From assembly GCA_963667785.2 (NCBI GenBank), contig CAXXMU010000005.1, positions 160,001 through 224,000 on the forward strand: DNA of 64,000 nt, written 5' to 3'. Below are positions 38,766 through 50,464 of the stretch, in pieces. The DNA comes from Alphaproteobacteria bacterium. GTDB taxonomy: Bacteria; Pseudomonadota; Alphaproteobacteria; UBA828. The notes beneath the pieces are model-generated. The model had not been told where the DNA came from and did not search any database. It saw only the letters and a list, made by a program, of their open reading frames with translations. A program made the translations under genes and the position numbers. The first letter of the stretch is position 1. Every line of letters begins with the position of its first letter.

Positions 38766-39164
38766 TCAGGTGGCGGCGGGCGCCGCCGCCTGCCCGCGCT
38801 CGCCGGCCCCTTGCCCCTCGTCGGGAAGCGGCTCGTCCGGCATCAGCATGAGGCGTTCGACCCGGCCGCCCTCAACGAGATGGGTCTCGATGATCTCGTC
38901 CACGTCGGCGGTGGTCCTGACCGCATACCAGATGCCCTCCGGGTAGATCACCATGGTGGGGCCGAGCTCGCAGCGGTCGAGGCACTGGCTCGCGTTGATG
39001 CGCACGTCCGCCAGGCCGCGCTGCTTGGCCCGCGCCTTCATGTGGGCGCGGAGCTTGACCGAGCCCTTGGCGCTGCAGCAGCCGCGGGGATGGCCGGGCT
39101 CGCGGGTGTTGACGCAGCAGAAGACGTGGGCCCGGTAGTAGAGGGGCGGGTCCTGGCGGCTCAT
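38766..39164 (-). CDS. thioredoxin-like [2Fe-2S] ferredoxin
   Basis: HVFCC..R..GCC, CLDRCELGP, YPEGIWY. Confidence 0.9.
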   Translation of the reverse strand: MSRQDPPLYYRAHVFCCVNTREPGHPRGCCSAKGSVKLRAHMKARAKQRGLADVRINASQCLDRCELGPTMVIYPEGIWYAVRTTADVDEIIETHLVEGGRVERLMLMPDEPLPDEGQGAGERGQAAAPAAT

Positions 39165-39433
39165 CCGGTGCCGCCTCCGCTGCTCCCCCTGGGTGCGCCC
39201 CCGCCGGCCTCGCCGAAGCCTTCCCAGAAGGCCTTCTGCATGGCCTCGAAGCCCTTGAGACCGCCGGGGAGCCAGGCCTTGAGCAGCGTCTCCGGGTCGA
39301 TCGCGCCGACCGCGTCCGCGATCCGCGCCTCCATGCCCTTGGCCATGGCCTCATGGGCCGCCGTCAGGTCCGGCATCCCGCAGAAGGCGCGGGCCTCCTC
39401 CGGCGTGCAGTCGATCTCGATGGTGACCTTCAT
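39161..39433 (-). CDS. small conserved alphaproteobacterial protein (DUF6489-like)
   Basis: MKVTIEIDCTPEEARAFCGMPD. Confidence 0.8.
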   Translation of the reverse strand: MKVTIEIDCTPEEARAFCGMPDLTAAHEAMAKGMEARIADAVGAIDPETLLKAWLPGGLKGFEAMQKAFWEGFGEAGGGAPRGSSGGGTG

Positions 39434-39630
39434 GGGCGGCCTCTCTCGCGCTGCCGCGCAGATGCCGGCGCGGCGGCCGCGACCATACCCCGCGATACCC
39501 CCCATGAACAGGCTTCCTCGCGCAGCGGAGCCGTGCGCCGGGCTGGCGGCGCCGGCCGCACCACCCTATGCTCGCGCCCGAGGCCGCCCCGCTCACCGCC
39601 GTGCGCGGCCCGAACCAGACGGGAAGGGCC

Positions 39631-41666
<2,036 letters not shown>

Positions 41667-41670
<4 letters not shown>

Positions 41671-42149
41671 GGCCGGTGAGCGCCGCGCGCTGCACCATCG
41701 AGAGCCCCGTCGGCCCGCTCACCGTCACGGCGGCGGATGGGGCGATCACCGCGGTCGCCTTCGGCGCCGGCGGCGGCCCGCGGCCCAATTCCGGGCTGCT
41801 GGCCGATGCCGCCCGCCAGCTTGACGACTACTTCGCCGGCACGCGCCGTGCCTTCGAGCTCCCGCTCGCGCCCGCTGGCACACCTTTCCGCCTGCGGGTC
41901 TGGGCGGCGATGCAGGCGATCTCCTACGGCGAGACCCGGAGCTACGGCGACATCGCCCGCGCGCTCGACACCGCACCCCGCGCCGTCGGCGGCGCCTGCG
42001 GGGCCAACCCGATCCCGCTCGTCATTCCCTGCCACCGCGTCACGGGCGCGAACGGCGCCCTCGGCGGCTTCTCCGGCGGCGCAGGCTGTGATACCAAGCG
42101 CCGACTGCTCGCCCTGGAAGGCGCGCGGCCGCTGACGCTTTCCGGCTAA
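41667..42149 (+). CDS. ogt: methylated-DNA--protein-cysteine S-methyltransferase
   Basis: [22 protein letters not shown], active-site PCHRV. Confidence 0.93.
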
Positions 42150-42194
42150 ACGCGGCGCAACCGGGCGAGCCCACCCGACAAGAGAGGGAGAGAC

Positions 42195-43172
42195 ATGGTC
42201 AAGGCGGTGCGGATGCACGAGGCCGGCGGACCCGAGGTGCTGCACTACGAGGACGTGGCGCTGCCCGATCCCGGCCCCGGCGAGGCGCTGGTGCGCCACG
42301 AGGCGATCGGCCTCAACTACATCGACGTCTACCACCGCACCGGGCTCTACCCGGTGCCCTCGCTGCCCTGGACCATCGGCATGGAGGGCGCGGGCGTGGT
42401 CGAGGCGGTGGGAGACGGCGTCTCCGAGGTCGCCCCCGGCGCGCGCGTCGCCTATGCCAGCCCTCCGCCTCCCGGCGGCTATGCGGAAGCCCGCGTGATG
42501 CCGGCGGGATCGCTGGTGGAGCTGCCTGCCGACATCAGCTTCGAGCAGGGCGCGGCGATGATGCTCCAGGGCATGACGGTCGAGTACCTGATCCGCCGCA
42601 CCTACCCGGTGAAGGCGGGCGAGACCGCGCTGGTGCACGCGGCCGCCGGCGGGGTCGGGCTGATCCAGTGCCAGTGGCTCAGGCATCTGGGCGTGACGGT
42701 GATCGGCACCGTGGGCTCGGAAGAGAAGGCGGCGCTCGCCCGCGCCCACGGCTGCGACCACCCGATCAACTATCGGACCGAGGACTTCGCCGCGCGCGTA
42801 ATGGAAATCACGGACGGCCAGGGCGTGCCCGTGGTCTACGATTCCATCGGCGCCGACACGCTGGAGGGCTCGCTCAACAGCCTGGCGCGGCTGGGTACGC
42901 TGGCGAGCTTCGGCAACGCGTCGGGCCCGATCACCGACTTCAACCTGGCCCGGCTCGCGCCCAAGTCCGCCTTCATCACCAGGCCCACCCTCTTCGGCTA
43001 CAATGCGACGCGGGCGGAGCTCGAGGACTCCGCGGGCGCGCTCTTCGACGTGGTGCGCGCGGGCGCGGTCAAGATCGAGATCCACCAGACCTACCCGCTG
43101 GCGGAGGCCGCCCAGGCCCATCGCGACCTGGAGGGCCGCAAGACCACGGGGTCGACGATCCTGGTTCCCTGA
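42195..43172 (+). CDS. qor: NADPH:quinone oxidoreductase
   Basis: IGLNYIDVYHRTGLYP, HAAAGGVG, VVYDSIG, GRKTTGS. Confidence 0.93.
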   Translation: MVKAVRMHEAGGPEVLHYEDVALPDPGPGEALVRHEAIGLNYIDVYHRTGLYPVPSLPWTIGMEGAGVVEAVGDGVSEVAPGARVAYASPPPPGGYAEARVMPAGSLVELPADISFEQGAAMMLQGMTVEYLIRRTYPVKAGETALVHAAAGGVGLIQCQWLRHLGVTVIGTVGSEEKAALARAHGCDHPINYRTEDFAARVMEITDGQGVPVVYDSIGADTLEGSLNSLARLGTLASFGNASGPITDFNLARLAPKSAFITRPTLFGYNATRAELEDSAGALFDVVRAGAVKIEIHQTYPLAEAAQAHRDLEGRKTTGSTILVP

Positions 43173-43211
43173 CCGCCGGCCGGGCGGGGGCCTGGCCGGG
43201 GAGGCGGGCCG

Positions 43212-44531
43212 GTGACGGCGGCGGGCGCTGGGGCGGCCGAGCGCGGCGCCTTCCGCGACCCCGCGTTCACGGCCAACCGGGAGGCGCCGGTGCACCGCTG
43301 GGTGCCCTGGATCGCCGGCTTCTCGCGGCAGTTCGTCCAGGACGCGCTGGCTCGCCACCTGCAGGCGCCGGGGGTGGTGCTGGACCCCTTCGCCGGTGTC
43401 GGCACGACGCTGCTCGAGGCCGACCTCGCCGGCCATGCGGCCATCGGCTTCGAGATCAACCCCTACGCCGCCTTCGCCGCACGCACGAAGCTCGGGGCCC
43501 ATCGGCTGGAGCCAGTGCGGCTCCGCACCGCCGCTGCGGCCTTCGAGGCGTTCATGGCGGAGAGCCAGGGTTCGGGCCGTGCGCCCGGGGCGTCCCCACC
43601 GGCCGCCTTCCGCACCCGCGCGCCCTTCTACAGCCCGGCGGTCGAGCGCAAGGTGCTGCTGGCCTTCGATTTCATGGAGACGCTGGAGGCGCCCGTCGCG
43701 GCTCTCTTCCGCCTCGCCTTCGCCGCGACCATGGTGGGCTACTCCAACTACTCCTACGAGCCGAGCCTGGGGCGCAAGGCCTCGGTCGGACGGCCCGAGG
43801 TGGACGACGACGACGTGGCCGGCGCCATCGCGGCGAAGGTCCGGCAGATGGCCGACGATGTCGCGTGGTATCGAGATGAACGCGCGAACCCTGAGCGGGA
43901 CGACGGGAGCGTGCTCGAAGAGTCGTTCTTCGACGGCTGCGCCGCGCTGGACGAGGCAAGCGTGGATCTCCTGGTCACCTCGCCGCCCTACCTCAACAAC
44001 TACCACTACAACCGCAACACGCGGCCCCATCTCTACTGGCTCGGGTTCTGCGCCACGCCCGGCGACCTGAAGCGCCTGGAGACGCTCAATTTCGGCACCT
44101 ACTGGCAGAACGCCCGCGACGAGGCGCGCATCGATCTCGACTCCTCCATCGATGACAGCGCAATTCGAGAGGCCATCGACGCGGTGCGGGTGCGCAACCC
44201 CGACAAGGGCGTCTATGGCGGCAACGGCTGGGCCAACTACGCGGCGCGCTACTTCAACGACTGCGGCCGCTTCGCAGGCGGCGCGGCCCGGTGCCTCAGG
44301 CCGGGAGCGACGGCATTGGTGGTGATCGGCAATTCCATCCTGCAGGGGGTGCCGATCCCGACCGACCGCTTCCTCGCTGCCATCGCGGCGCGGCGGGGCT
44401 TCGCCGTCGCCGGCATCCATGTTCCCCGTGAAACGCGGGTCGGCAGCAGCATCGTCGAGTCCAGTGTCCGCGTGGGAAAGGCCAACGGTGGGACACTCTA
44501 CGAATCCGTCGTGGAGCTCCGCCGCCTCTGA
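43212..44531 (+). CDS. orphan amino-DNA methyltransferase (alpha motif order, probably m4C)
   Basis: PVHRW..WIAGFS, motif I LDPFAGVGTT before motif IV TSPPY; no adjacent endonuclease. Confidence 0.85.
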   Translation: MTAAGAGAAERGAFRDPAFTANREAPVHRWVPWIAGFSRQFVQDALARHLQAPGVVLDPFAGVGTTLLEADLAGHAAIGFEINPYAAFAARTKLGAHRLEPVRLRTAAAAFEAFMAESQGSGRAPGASPPAAFRTRAPFYSPAVERKVLLAFDFMETLEAPVAALFRLAFAATMVGYSNYSYEPSLGRKASVGRPEVDDDDVAGAIAAKVRQMADDVAWYRDERANPERDDGSVLEESFFDGCAALDEASVDLLVTSPPYLNNYHYNRNTRPHLYWLGFCATPGDLKRLETLNFGTYWQNARDEARIDLDSSIDDSAIREAIDAVRVRNPDKGVYGGNGWANYAARYFNDCGRFAGGAARCLRPGATALVVIGNSILQGVPIPTDRFLAAIAARRGFAVAGIHVPRETRVGSSIVESSVRVGKANGGTLYESVVELRRL

Positions 44532-44634
44532 GGCGCATGCGGCTTCGGCTATGGCGCAGACTGCCCGGCCCCCGTGCCGTTCCGGCCATGGCGGCCGGGC
44601 TTGTTGGCCCCGTGGGCAGGTGGGATAAGGGGCC

Positions 44635-46815
44635 ATGAGCGAGCCCGTGACCCTGCACCGGAGCTACCGCACCCGCGGCGGCGTCACCGTCCACCGCCGC
44701 GACCGCGAGGCCGCGGTGGCGCCCGCCGCCCGGGCCCTGGTCGAGCGCCTGGACCGCTACCCCGGCGTCTTCATGTCGTCCTGCTTCGAGTTCCCCGGCC
44801 GCTACACCCGCTGGGACCTGGGTTTCGCCGCGCCGCCTCTCAGCCTCTCCTGCCGCGGGCGCGACTTCGAGGTCACGGCGCTGGAGCCGAGGGGACAGGT
44901 GCTGCTGGAGCCGATCCGCGCCGCGCTCGCGCCGCTGGACGCCGTCGCCGCGCTGGAGGCGGACGACACGCAGCTTGCGGGCCGCGTGCATCGGCCGACC
45001 GAGACGGTGCCGGAGGAGCAGCGCAGCCGGCAGCCCTCGATCTTCAGCGTGCTGCGCGCGGTCATCGACCTCTTCGGCAACGGCGAGGACCAGCACTTCG
45101 GCCTCTACGGCGCCTTCGGCTACGACCTCGCCCACCAGTTCGAGCCGGTCGAGCTGCACAGGGCGCGTGCCGCCGACCAGCGCGACCTGGTGCTCTTCGT
45201 GCCGGACGAGATCCTGGTCGTCGACCACATGTCGGATCGCGCGGTGTGGCACAGCTACGACTTCGTCACCCCCGCCGGCGACACCCGCGACATGGCGCGC
45301 GCGCCGCGCAAGGACGCCTACGTGCCGCAGCCGCCCGGCAACCGCCCGCCCGAGAACGATCACCCGCCGGGCGCCTATCCGGCGGTGGTGGAGCGGGCCA
45401 GGCAGGCGTTCCTCCGGGGCGATCTCTTCGAGGTGGTGATGAGCCAGCTCTTCAGCGAGGCCTGCGCCGATGCGCCTTCCCTGGTGTTCGAGCGGCTCCG
45501 CACCGTCAACCCGGCGCCCTACTGCGCGCTGATGAACCTCGGCGCCGGCGAGTTCCTGGTCGCCGCCTCGCCGGAGATGTACGTGCGGGTGGAGGGTCGC
45601 CGCGTCGAGACCTGCCCGATCTCGGGCACCATCGCCCGCGGCAAGGACGCGCTCGGCGATGCCGCGCAGATCGCGAAGCTCCTCAACTCGGCCAAGGACG
45701 AGGCCGAGCTCACCATGTGCACCGACGTCGACCGCAACGACAAGTCGCGCATCTGCGAGCCCGGCTCGGTGCGCGTGATCGGGCGCCGCCAGGTGGAGCT
45801 CTACTCGCGCCTGATCCACACGGTGGACCACGTCGAGGGGATCCTCAGGCCCGAGTTCGACGCTCTCGACGCCTTCCTCAGCCACACCTGGGCGGTGACC
45901 GTGACCGGCGCGCCCAAGCACTGGGCGATCCGCTTCATCGAGGAGAACGAGCGCTCGGCGCGGCGCTGGTACGGCGGCGCCATCGGCCGCATCGGCTTCG
46001 ACGGGGCGATGAACACCGGGCTGACGCTCAGGACCGTCCGCATGAAGGACGGCATCGCCGAGATCAGGGCGGGCGCCACGCTGCTCTACGACAGCGAGCC
46101 CGAGGCCGAGGACGAGGAGTGCCGCCTCAAGGCCTCCGCCCTCTTCGCGGCCGTGCGGGCCGAGCCGGCGGCGGCGCCAGCGCGCGCCTCCGAGAGCCCG
46201 CCGGGGGCGGCGTGCCGCGTGCTCCTGGTGGATCACGAGGATTCCTTCGTGCACACGCTCGCCAACTACCTGCGCCAGACGGGGGCTGCGGTCGAGACGC
46301 TCCGGCCCCCCCTCGCGCGCCGCATGCTGCAGGAGGACGCCCCCGATCTGGTGGTGCTCTCGCCGGGCCCCGGCAGGCCGGAGGACTTCGGCACCGCGGA
46401 GACCATCGCGCTCGCGCTGGAGAAGGAGCTTCCGCTCTTCGGCGTCTGCCTCGGGCTGCAGGCGGTCGCCGAGTATTTCGGCGGGCGTCTGGCGCAGCTC
46501 GAGGAGCCGGTGCACGGCAAGCCCTCCGAGGTGACGGTGCTGGGCGGCGCGCTCTTCCGGGGGCTGCCGGTGCGCTTCCGCGTGGGGCGCTATCACTCGC
46601 TCTATGCCGCGCGCGCGTCGCTGCCGGACGATCTCCTCGCCGTCACCGCCGAGACCGACGACGGCGTCGTCATGGCGCTTGAGCACCGGGAGCGGCCGAT
46701 CGCCGCCGTGCAGTTCCACCCGGAATCGATCCTCTCGCTGGACGACAGCATCGGCCTGCGGCTGATCGACAACGTGATGGCGACGCTCACCGCAGGCGGG
46801 TCGGGCGGGCGCTGA
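44635..46815 (+). CDS. trpE: fused anthranilate synthase component I/II
   Basis: EFPGRYTRWD, ELTMCTDVDRNDK, VTGAPK, WYGG; GATase DHEDSF, SPGPG, GVCLG, QFHPES. Confidence 0.95.
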   Translation: MSEPVTLHRSYRTRGGVTVHRRDREAAVAPAARALVERLDRYPGVFMSSCFEFPGRYTRWDLGFAAPPLSLSCRGRDFEVTALEPRGQVLLEPIRAALAPLDAVAALEADDTQLAGRVHRPTETVPEEQRSRQPSIFSVLRAVIDLFGNGEDQHFGLYGAFGYDLAHQFEPVELHRARAADQRDLVLFVPDEILVVDHMSDRAVWHSYDFVTPAGDTRDMARAPRKDAYVPQPPGNRPPENDHPPGAYPAVVERARQAFLRGDLFEVVMSQLFSEACADAPSLVFERLRTVNPAPYCALMNLGAGEFLVAASPEMYVRVEGRRVETCPISGTIARGKDALGDAAQIAKLLNSAKDEAELTMCTDVDRNDKSRICEPGSVRVIGRRQVELYSRLIHTVDHVEGILRPEFDALDAFLSHTWAVTVTGAPKHWAIRFIEENERSARRWYGGAIGRIGFDGAMNTGLTLRTVRMKDGIAEIRAGATLLYDSEPEAEDEECRLKASALFAAVRAEPAAAPARASESPPGAACRVLLVDHEDSFVHTLANYLRQTGAAVETLRPPLARRMLQEDAPDLVVLSPGPGRPEDFGTAETIALALEKELPLFGVCLGLQAVAEYFGGRLAQLEEPVHGKPSEVTVLGGALFRGLPVRFRVGRYHSLYAARASLPDDLLAVTAETDDGVVMALEHRERPIAAVQFHPESILSLDDSIGLRLIDNVMATLTAGGSGGR

Positions 46816-46832
46816 GCGGGGGGCAGGCTCCT

Positions 46833-47573
46833 TTACAGGCTCCAGCCGCCGTCGATCACCAGCGCCTGGCCGGTGGTGAAGGCGGACTCGTCCGACGCGA
46901 GATGGACGCAGAGCGCCGCCACCTCCGCCGGCGCCCCCATGCGCCCCACCGGGTGCCGCGCGGCGAAGGCCGCGCGCGCGGCCTCGGGGTCTGGCCGGGC
47001 GGCGAAGCGCTCCTCGAGGGAAGGCGTCTCCACCGCGCCGGGACAGACCGCGTTGCAGCGGATGCCTTGCGCCGCGTAGTCCAGCGCGACCGATTTGGTG
47101 AGGCCGATGACGGCGGCCTTGCTGGCGCCGTAGGCGCAGCGCTCGGGCGAGGCCTTCACCGAGGAGACCACCGACGCCATGTTGATGATCGAGCCGCCGC
47201 CGGCCGCCAGCATCGCCGGCAGGAAGGCGCGGATCATCAGGTACGTCGCGGTCACGTTGAGCCGCAGCGTCTCCTCCCAGTCGGCAGGCTCGCAGTCGAG
47301 GAGCGCGCCGTGGGGCACGCGGCCGGCGCAGTTGAAGAGCACGTCGAGCGCGCCGATCTCGTCGGCCGCCGCCGCCACGGCGACCGGGTCGCGGACGTCG
47401 AGCACCCGGCAGGTGACGCCCTCCAGCGCGGCGAGACCGGCGAGCTTGCCGTCGTCGATATCGGTCGCCCAGAGGCGCGCCCCCTCATTGTGGAAGGCGA
47501 CCGCGGTCGCGTGGCCGATCCCCTGGCCTGCGGCCGTGATCAGGGCGGTCTTGCCAGCGAGACGGCCGGACAT
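46833..47573 (-). CDS. short-chain dehydrogenase (BDH2-like)
   Basis: TAAGQGIG, LFNCAG, YGASK, CNAVCPG. Confidence 0.9.
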   Translation of the reverse strand: MSGRLAGKTALITAAGQGIGHATAVAFHNEGARLWATDIDDGKLAGLAALEGVTCRVLDVRDPVAVAAAADEIGALDVLFNCAGRVPHGALLDCEPADWEETLRLNVTATYLMIRAFLPAMLAAGGGSIINMASVVSSVKASPERCAYGASKAAVIGLTKSVALDYAAQGIRCNAVCPGAVETPSLEERFAARPDPEAARAAFAARHPVGRMGAPAEVAALCVHLASDESAFTTGQALVIDGGWSL

Positions 47574-47576
47574 CGC

Positions 47577-48374
47577 TCAGCGGCCGGTGAAGACGGGCGC
47601 GCGCTTCTCGACGAAGGCCGTCACCCCTTCGGCGAAATCCTCGCTGGCCGCGCAATCCGAGAACATCGCCGCCTCCGCCTGGAGCTGGTCTTCGAGCGAG
47701 GCATGGCCGGATCTGCTGAGCAGCCGCTTGGTGTTGGCGTAGGCGCGGGCCGGGCCTGCGGCGAGGCGGCGCGCCAGCGCCTCGGTCTCCTCGTCCAGAC
47801 GGTGCGGCGAGACGACTCGGTTGACGATGCCGAGACGCTCCGCTTCCCGCGCGCCGAAGCGATCGCCCAGGAGCGCCAGCTCCATCGCCTTCTTCGCGCC
47901 CACCGTGCGCGGCAGGAACCAGGTGGACGAGCCGTCGGGGCTGGTGCCGATGCGGCAGTAGGCCATGGTGAAGATGGCGTCGGCGGCCGCGACCGCGAGG
48001 TCGCAGGCGAGAACCAGGCTCAGCCCGAAGCCGCCGGCGGCGCCGTCGATTCTGGCGATGACCGGCTGCGGCATCCGCCGCATCATCCGGATGATCGCGT
48101 GGACCCGGTCGATCATCGCCTCGAAGTGGCGCCGGCGCGCGTCCGGGCCGAGCTCCAGCAAGCCGTGGAAGGAGCGCAGGTCGCCGCCCGCCATGAAGAA
48201 CCCGCCGGCGCCCTGCAGCACCACCACGCGCGTCTCGCTCTCGCGCTCGAGGGCAGCCAGCGCGGCGACCAGGGCATCGCAGAGCTCGTCGTTGAGCGCG
48301 TTCAGCACCTCCGGCCGGTTGAGCGTCACCCGGGCGATGCCGTTCTCCCGCTCGATCAGCACGGTGTCACTCAT
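47577..48374 (-). CDS. enoyl-CoA hydratase/isomerase (PaaG-like)
   Basis: LNRPEVLNAL, FMAGGDL, GAAGGFG, DFAEGVTAFVEKR. Confidence 0.9.
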   Translation of the reverse strand: MSDTVLIERENGIARVTLNRPEVLNALNDELCDALVAALAALERESETRVVVLQGAGGFFMAGGDLRSFHGLLELGPDARRRHFEAMIDRVHAIIRMMRRMPQPVIARIDGAAGGFGLSLVLACDLAVAAADAIFTMAYCRIGTSPDGSSTWFLPRTVGAKKAMELALLGDRFGAREAERLGIVNRVVSPHRLDEETEALARRLAAGPARAYANTKRLLSRSGHASLEDQLQAEAAMFSDCAASEDFAEGVTAFVEKRAPVFTGR

Positions 48375-48482
48375 GTCTCTCGTCTCCCTCAGCTATGGCC
48401 GCCGCAACGTGCGCGCGTCCTACCATCACGCGGCGCGCTGGGCGAGACTGGCGTGCCGCGGACCGAATGACGGAGGAGACCG

Positions 48483-48890
48483 ATGGCCGAGAACGCCGTT
48501 CGCATCAAGACCGATCCCGACCCCTACGAGCCCTTCAGGCTGGCGCAGGCCTACCGCGTCGGCGACCTGATCTTCGTCTCCGGCCAGACCGCGATCTCGC
48601 TCGACGGCGCCATCGTCGGCGCGGGCGATTTCGACGCGCAGGCCGCGCAGACCTTCGAGAACCTGGCGGCAGTGCTGCAGGCGGGCGGCTCCGATCTCTC
48701 GAAGGTCGTCAAGGTGACGATCTTCCTGAAGGACATGAGCAACTTCAGCAAGATCGTCGCCCTTCGCGAGCAGTATTTCGCCTCGCCCTATCCGGCCGAC
48801 ACGATCGTCGAGATCACCTCGCTGGCGTTGCCGGAGCTCGAGATCGAGATCGAGGCGATCGCCCTGGTCGAGGGCGAGATCGAAGGCTGA
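48483..48890 (+). CDS. RidA/YjgF family protein
   Basis: IFVSGQ, VVKVTIFL, YPADT..I..L..PELEIEIEAIA. Confidence 0.9.
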   Translation: MAENAVRIKTDPDPYEPFRLAQAYRVGDLIFVSGQTAISLDGAIVGAGDFDAQAAQTFENLAAVLQAGGSDLSKVVKVTIFLKDMSNFSKIVALREQYFASPYPADTIVEITSLALPELEIEIEAIALVEGEIEG

Positions 48891-48996
48891 TCCCGTCCAG
48901 CGCCGGCGCGAGCGCCCGCGCCGGCGAAGCGATCCGGCCTTGCCAAGGGCGCGCGATGCCGCAATGCTCCCGCCCGAGACAGGGAGGATTCGAGTC

Positions 48997-49437
48997 ATGT
49001 CGAGAAGCCTTGTCGAAACCTTTCTCGGTGCGGTGGTGCTTGCGGTGGCCATCGGCTTCATCGTCTTCGCCTACACGCGGAGCGGCGTCGCCACGGTGAG
49101 CGGCTACGAGGTGAGCGCGGCGTTCAACCGGGTCGACGGCATCGCCGCCGGCTCCGACGTGCGCATCGGCGGCATCAAGGTCGGCTCGGTGGTCGAGCGT
49201 TCGCTCGAGCCCGAGACCTATCGGGCCGTGCTCCGCATGAGCATCGACGAGACCGTCCCGCTGCCCACGGACACCACGGCGGCGGTGGTCAGCGACGGCC
49301 TGCTCGGCGGCAAGTTCATCGACATCCAGCCGGGCGCCGAGGAGGCTCTCATCGCCGACGGCGGGCGCATCGCCTACACCCAGTCCACGCTCCTGCTGGA
49401 GGAGCTGATCGGCCAGTTCGCGTTCGGCACGGAGTAG
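48997..49437 (+). CDS. mlaD: MlaD/MCE-domain lipid asymmetry protein
   Basis: ETFLGAVVL, GSDVRIGGIKVG, GLLGGKFIDIQPG. Confidence 0.9.
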   Translation: MSRSLVETFLGAVVLAVAIGFIVFAYTRSGVATVSGYEVSAAFNRVDGIAAGSDVRIGGIKVGSVVERSLEPETYRAVLRMSIDETVPLPTDTTAAVVSDGLLGGKFIDIQPGAEEALIADGGRIAYTQSTLLLEELIGQFAFGTE

Positions 49438-49857
49438 GTGAGGGCGCTCACTCTACCGGCCGCCGCTGCGGCGCTCGCTGCGGCGCTCTGCGCCGGGCCA
49501 AGTGCCGGTGCAGCCGAGCGGCCGCTCGCCCTGCTCCAGGCGCTGGACAAGGTGGTGGCGCGCACCTCCACGCTGGCAGCACCGCTCGACGAGCCGGTCC
49601 GCTTCGGGACGCTCAGGATCGTCGTCCGCGTCTGCCACGAGGCGCCGCCCGAGGAGCCGCCGGAAAACGCCGCCTTCCTGGAGATCGACGAGGTCGACCA
49701 CGAGGGGCGCGCGGTGCGCCTCTATACCGGCTGGATGTTCTCGTCGACGCCGGGGCTCGCGGCGCTGGAGCATCCGGTCTACGACATCGGCGTGCTCGCC
49801 TGCACCGACTCCGAGCCGGCGGCAGAGAGCGAGTCGTCCGAGAAGCCCGCCGGGTAG
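49438..49857 (+). CDS. DUF2155-like exported protein
   Basis: LQALDKV, FGTLRI...[20 protein letters not shown]. Confidence 0.85.
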   Translation: MRALTLPAAAAALAAALCAGPSAGAAERPLALLQALDKVVARTSTLAAPLDEPVRFGTLRIVVRVCHEAPPEEPPENAAFLEIDEVDHEGRAVRLYTGWMFSSTPGLAALEHPVYDIGVLACTDSEPAAESESSEKPAG

Positions 49858-50450
49858 AAGCTCGCCGGCCGCTCGAGCGCCTCGGCGAGCCGGGCGTGGT
49901 AGCGGGCGCGCGGTATCTCGACGGCGCCGAAGCGGCTCAGGTGGGGCGTGACGAACTGGGTGTCGAGCAGCGTGAAGGCGCCGGCCCTGAGGCGGGCGAC
50001 CAGATGCACCAGCGCGACCTTGCTCGCGTCCCGCTCGATGCTGAACATGCTCTCGCCGAAGAACGCCGCGCCCAGCGAGACGCCGTAGAGCCCGCCCACG
50101 AGCGCGTTGTCGCGCCAGGCCTCCACGCTGTGGGCGTGCCCCTGCCGGTGCAGCGCGCAATAGGCCTCGAAGATCGCGCCGTTGATCCAGGATTCGGGGC
50201 GGCGCCCGGTGCGGCGCGCGCAGCCGCGCACGACGCGGGGGAAGTCGCGGTTCACGGTGATGCGGAAGTGCCCGGCGCGCACGGTGCGCGCGAGCCGGCG
50301 GGGCACGTGGAAGCGGTCGAGCGGAATGACGCCCCGGCTTTCCGGATCGACCCAGAAGACGTCCGGTTCCGCCTTGCCCTCGGCCATGGGGAAGAGCCCG
50401 CAGCCATAGGCCCTGAGGATCAGCGCCGGCGTGAGCTCGACGGTCGTCAC
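49779..50450 (-). CDS. aat: leucyl/phenylalanyl-tRNA--protein transferase
   Basis: [33 protein letters not shown]. Confidence 0.95.
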   Translation of the reverse strand: MTTVELTPALILRAYGCGLFPMAEGKAEPDVFWVDPESRGVIPLDRFHVPRRLARTVRAGHFRITVNRDFPRVVRGCARRTGRRPESWINGAIFEAYCALHRQGHAHSVEAWRDNALVGGLYGVSLGAAFFGESMFSIERDASKVALVHLVARLRAGAFTLLDTQFVTPHLSRFGAVEIPRARYHARLAEALERPASFYPAGFSDDSLSAAGSESVQASTPMS

Positions 50451-50464
50451 GGCGTCCGAACTGG

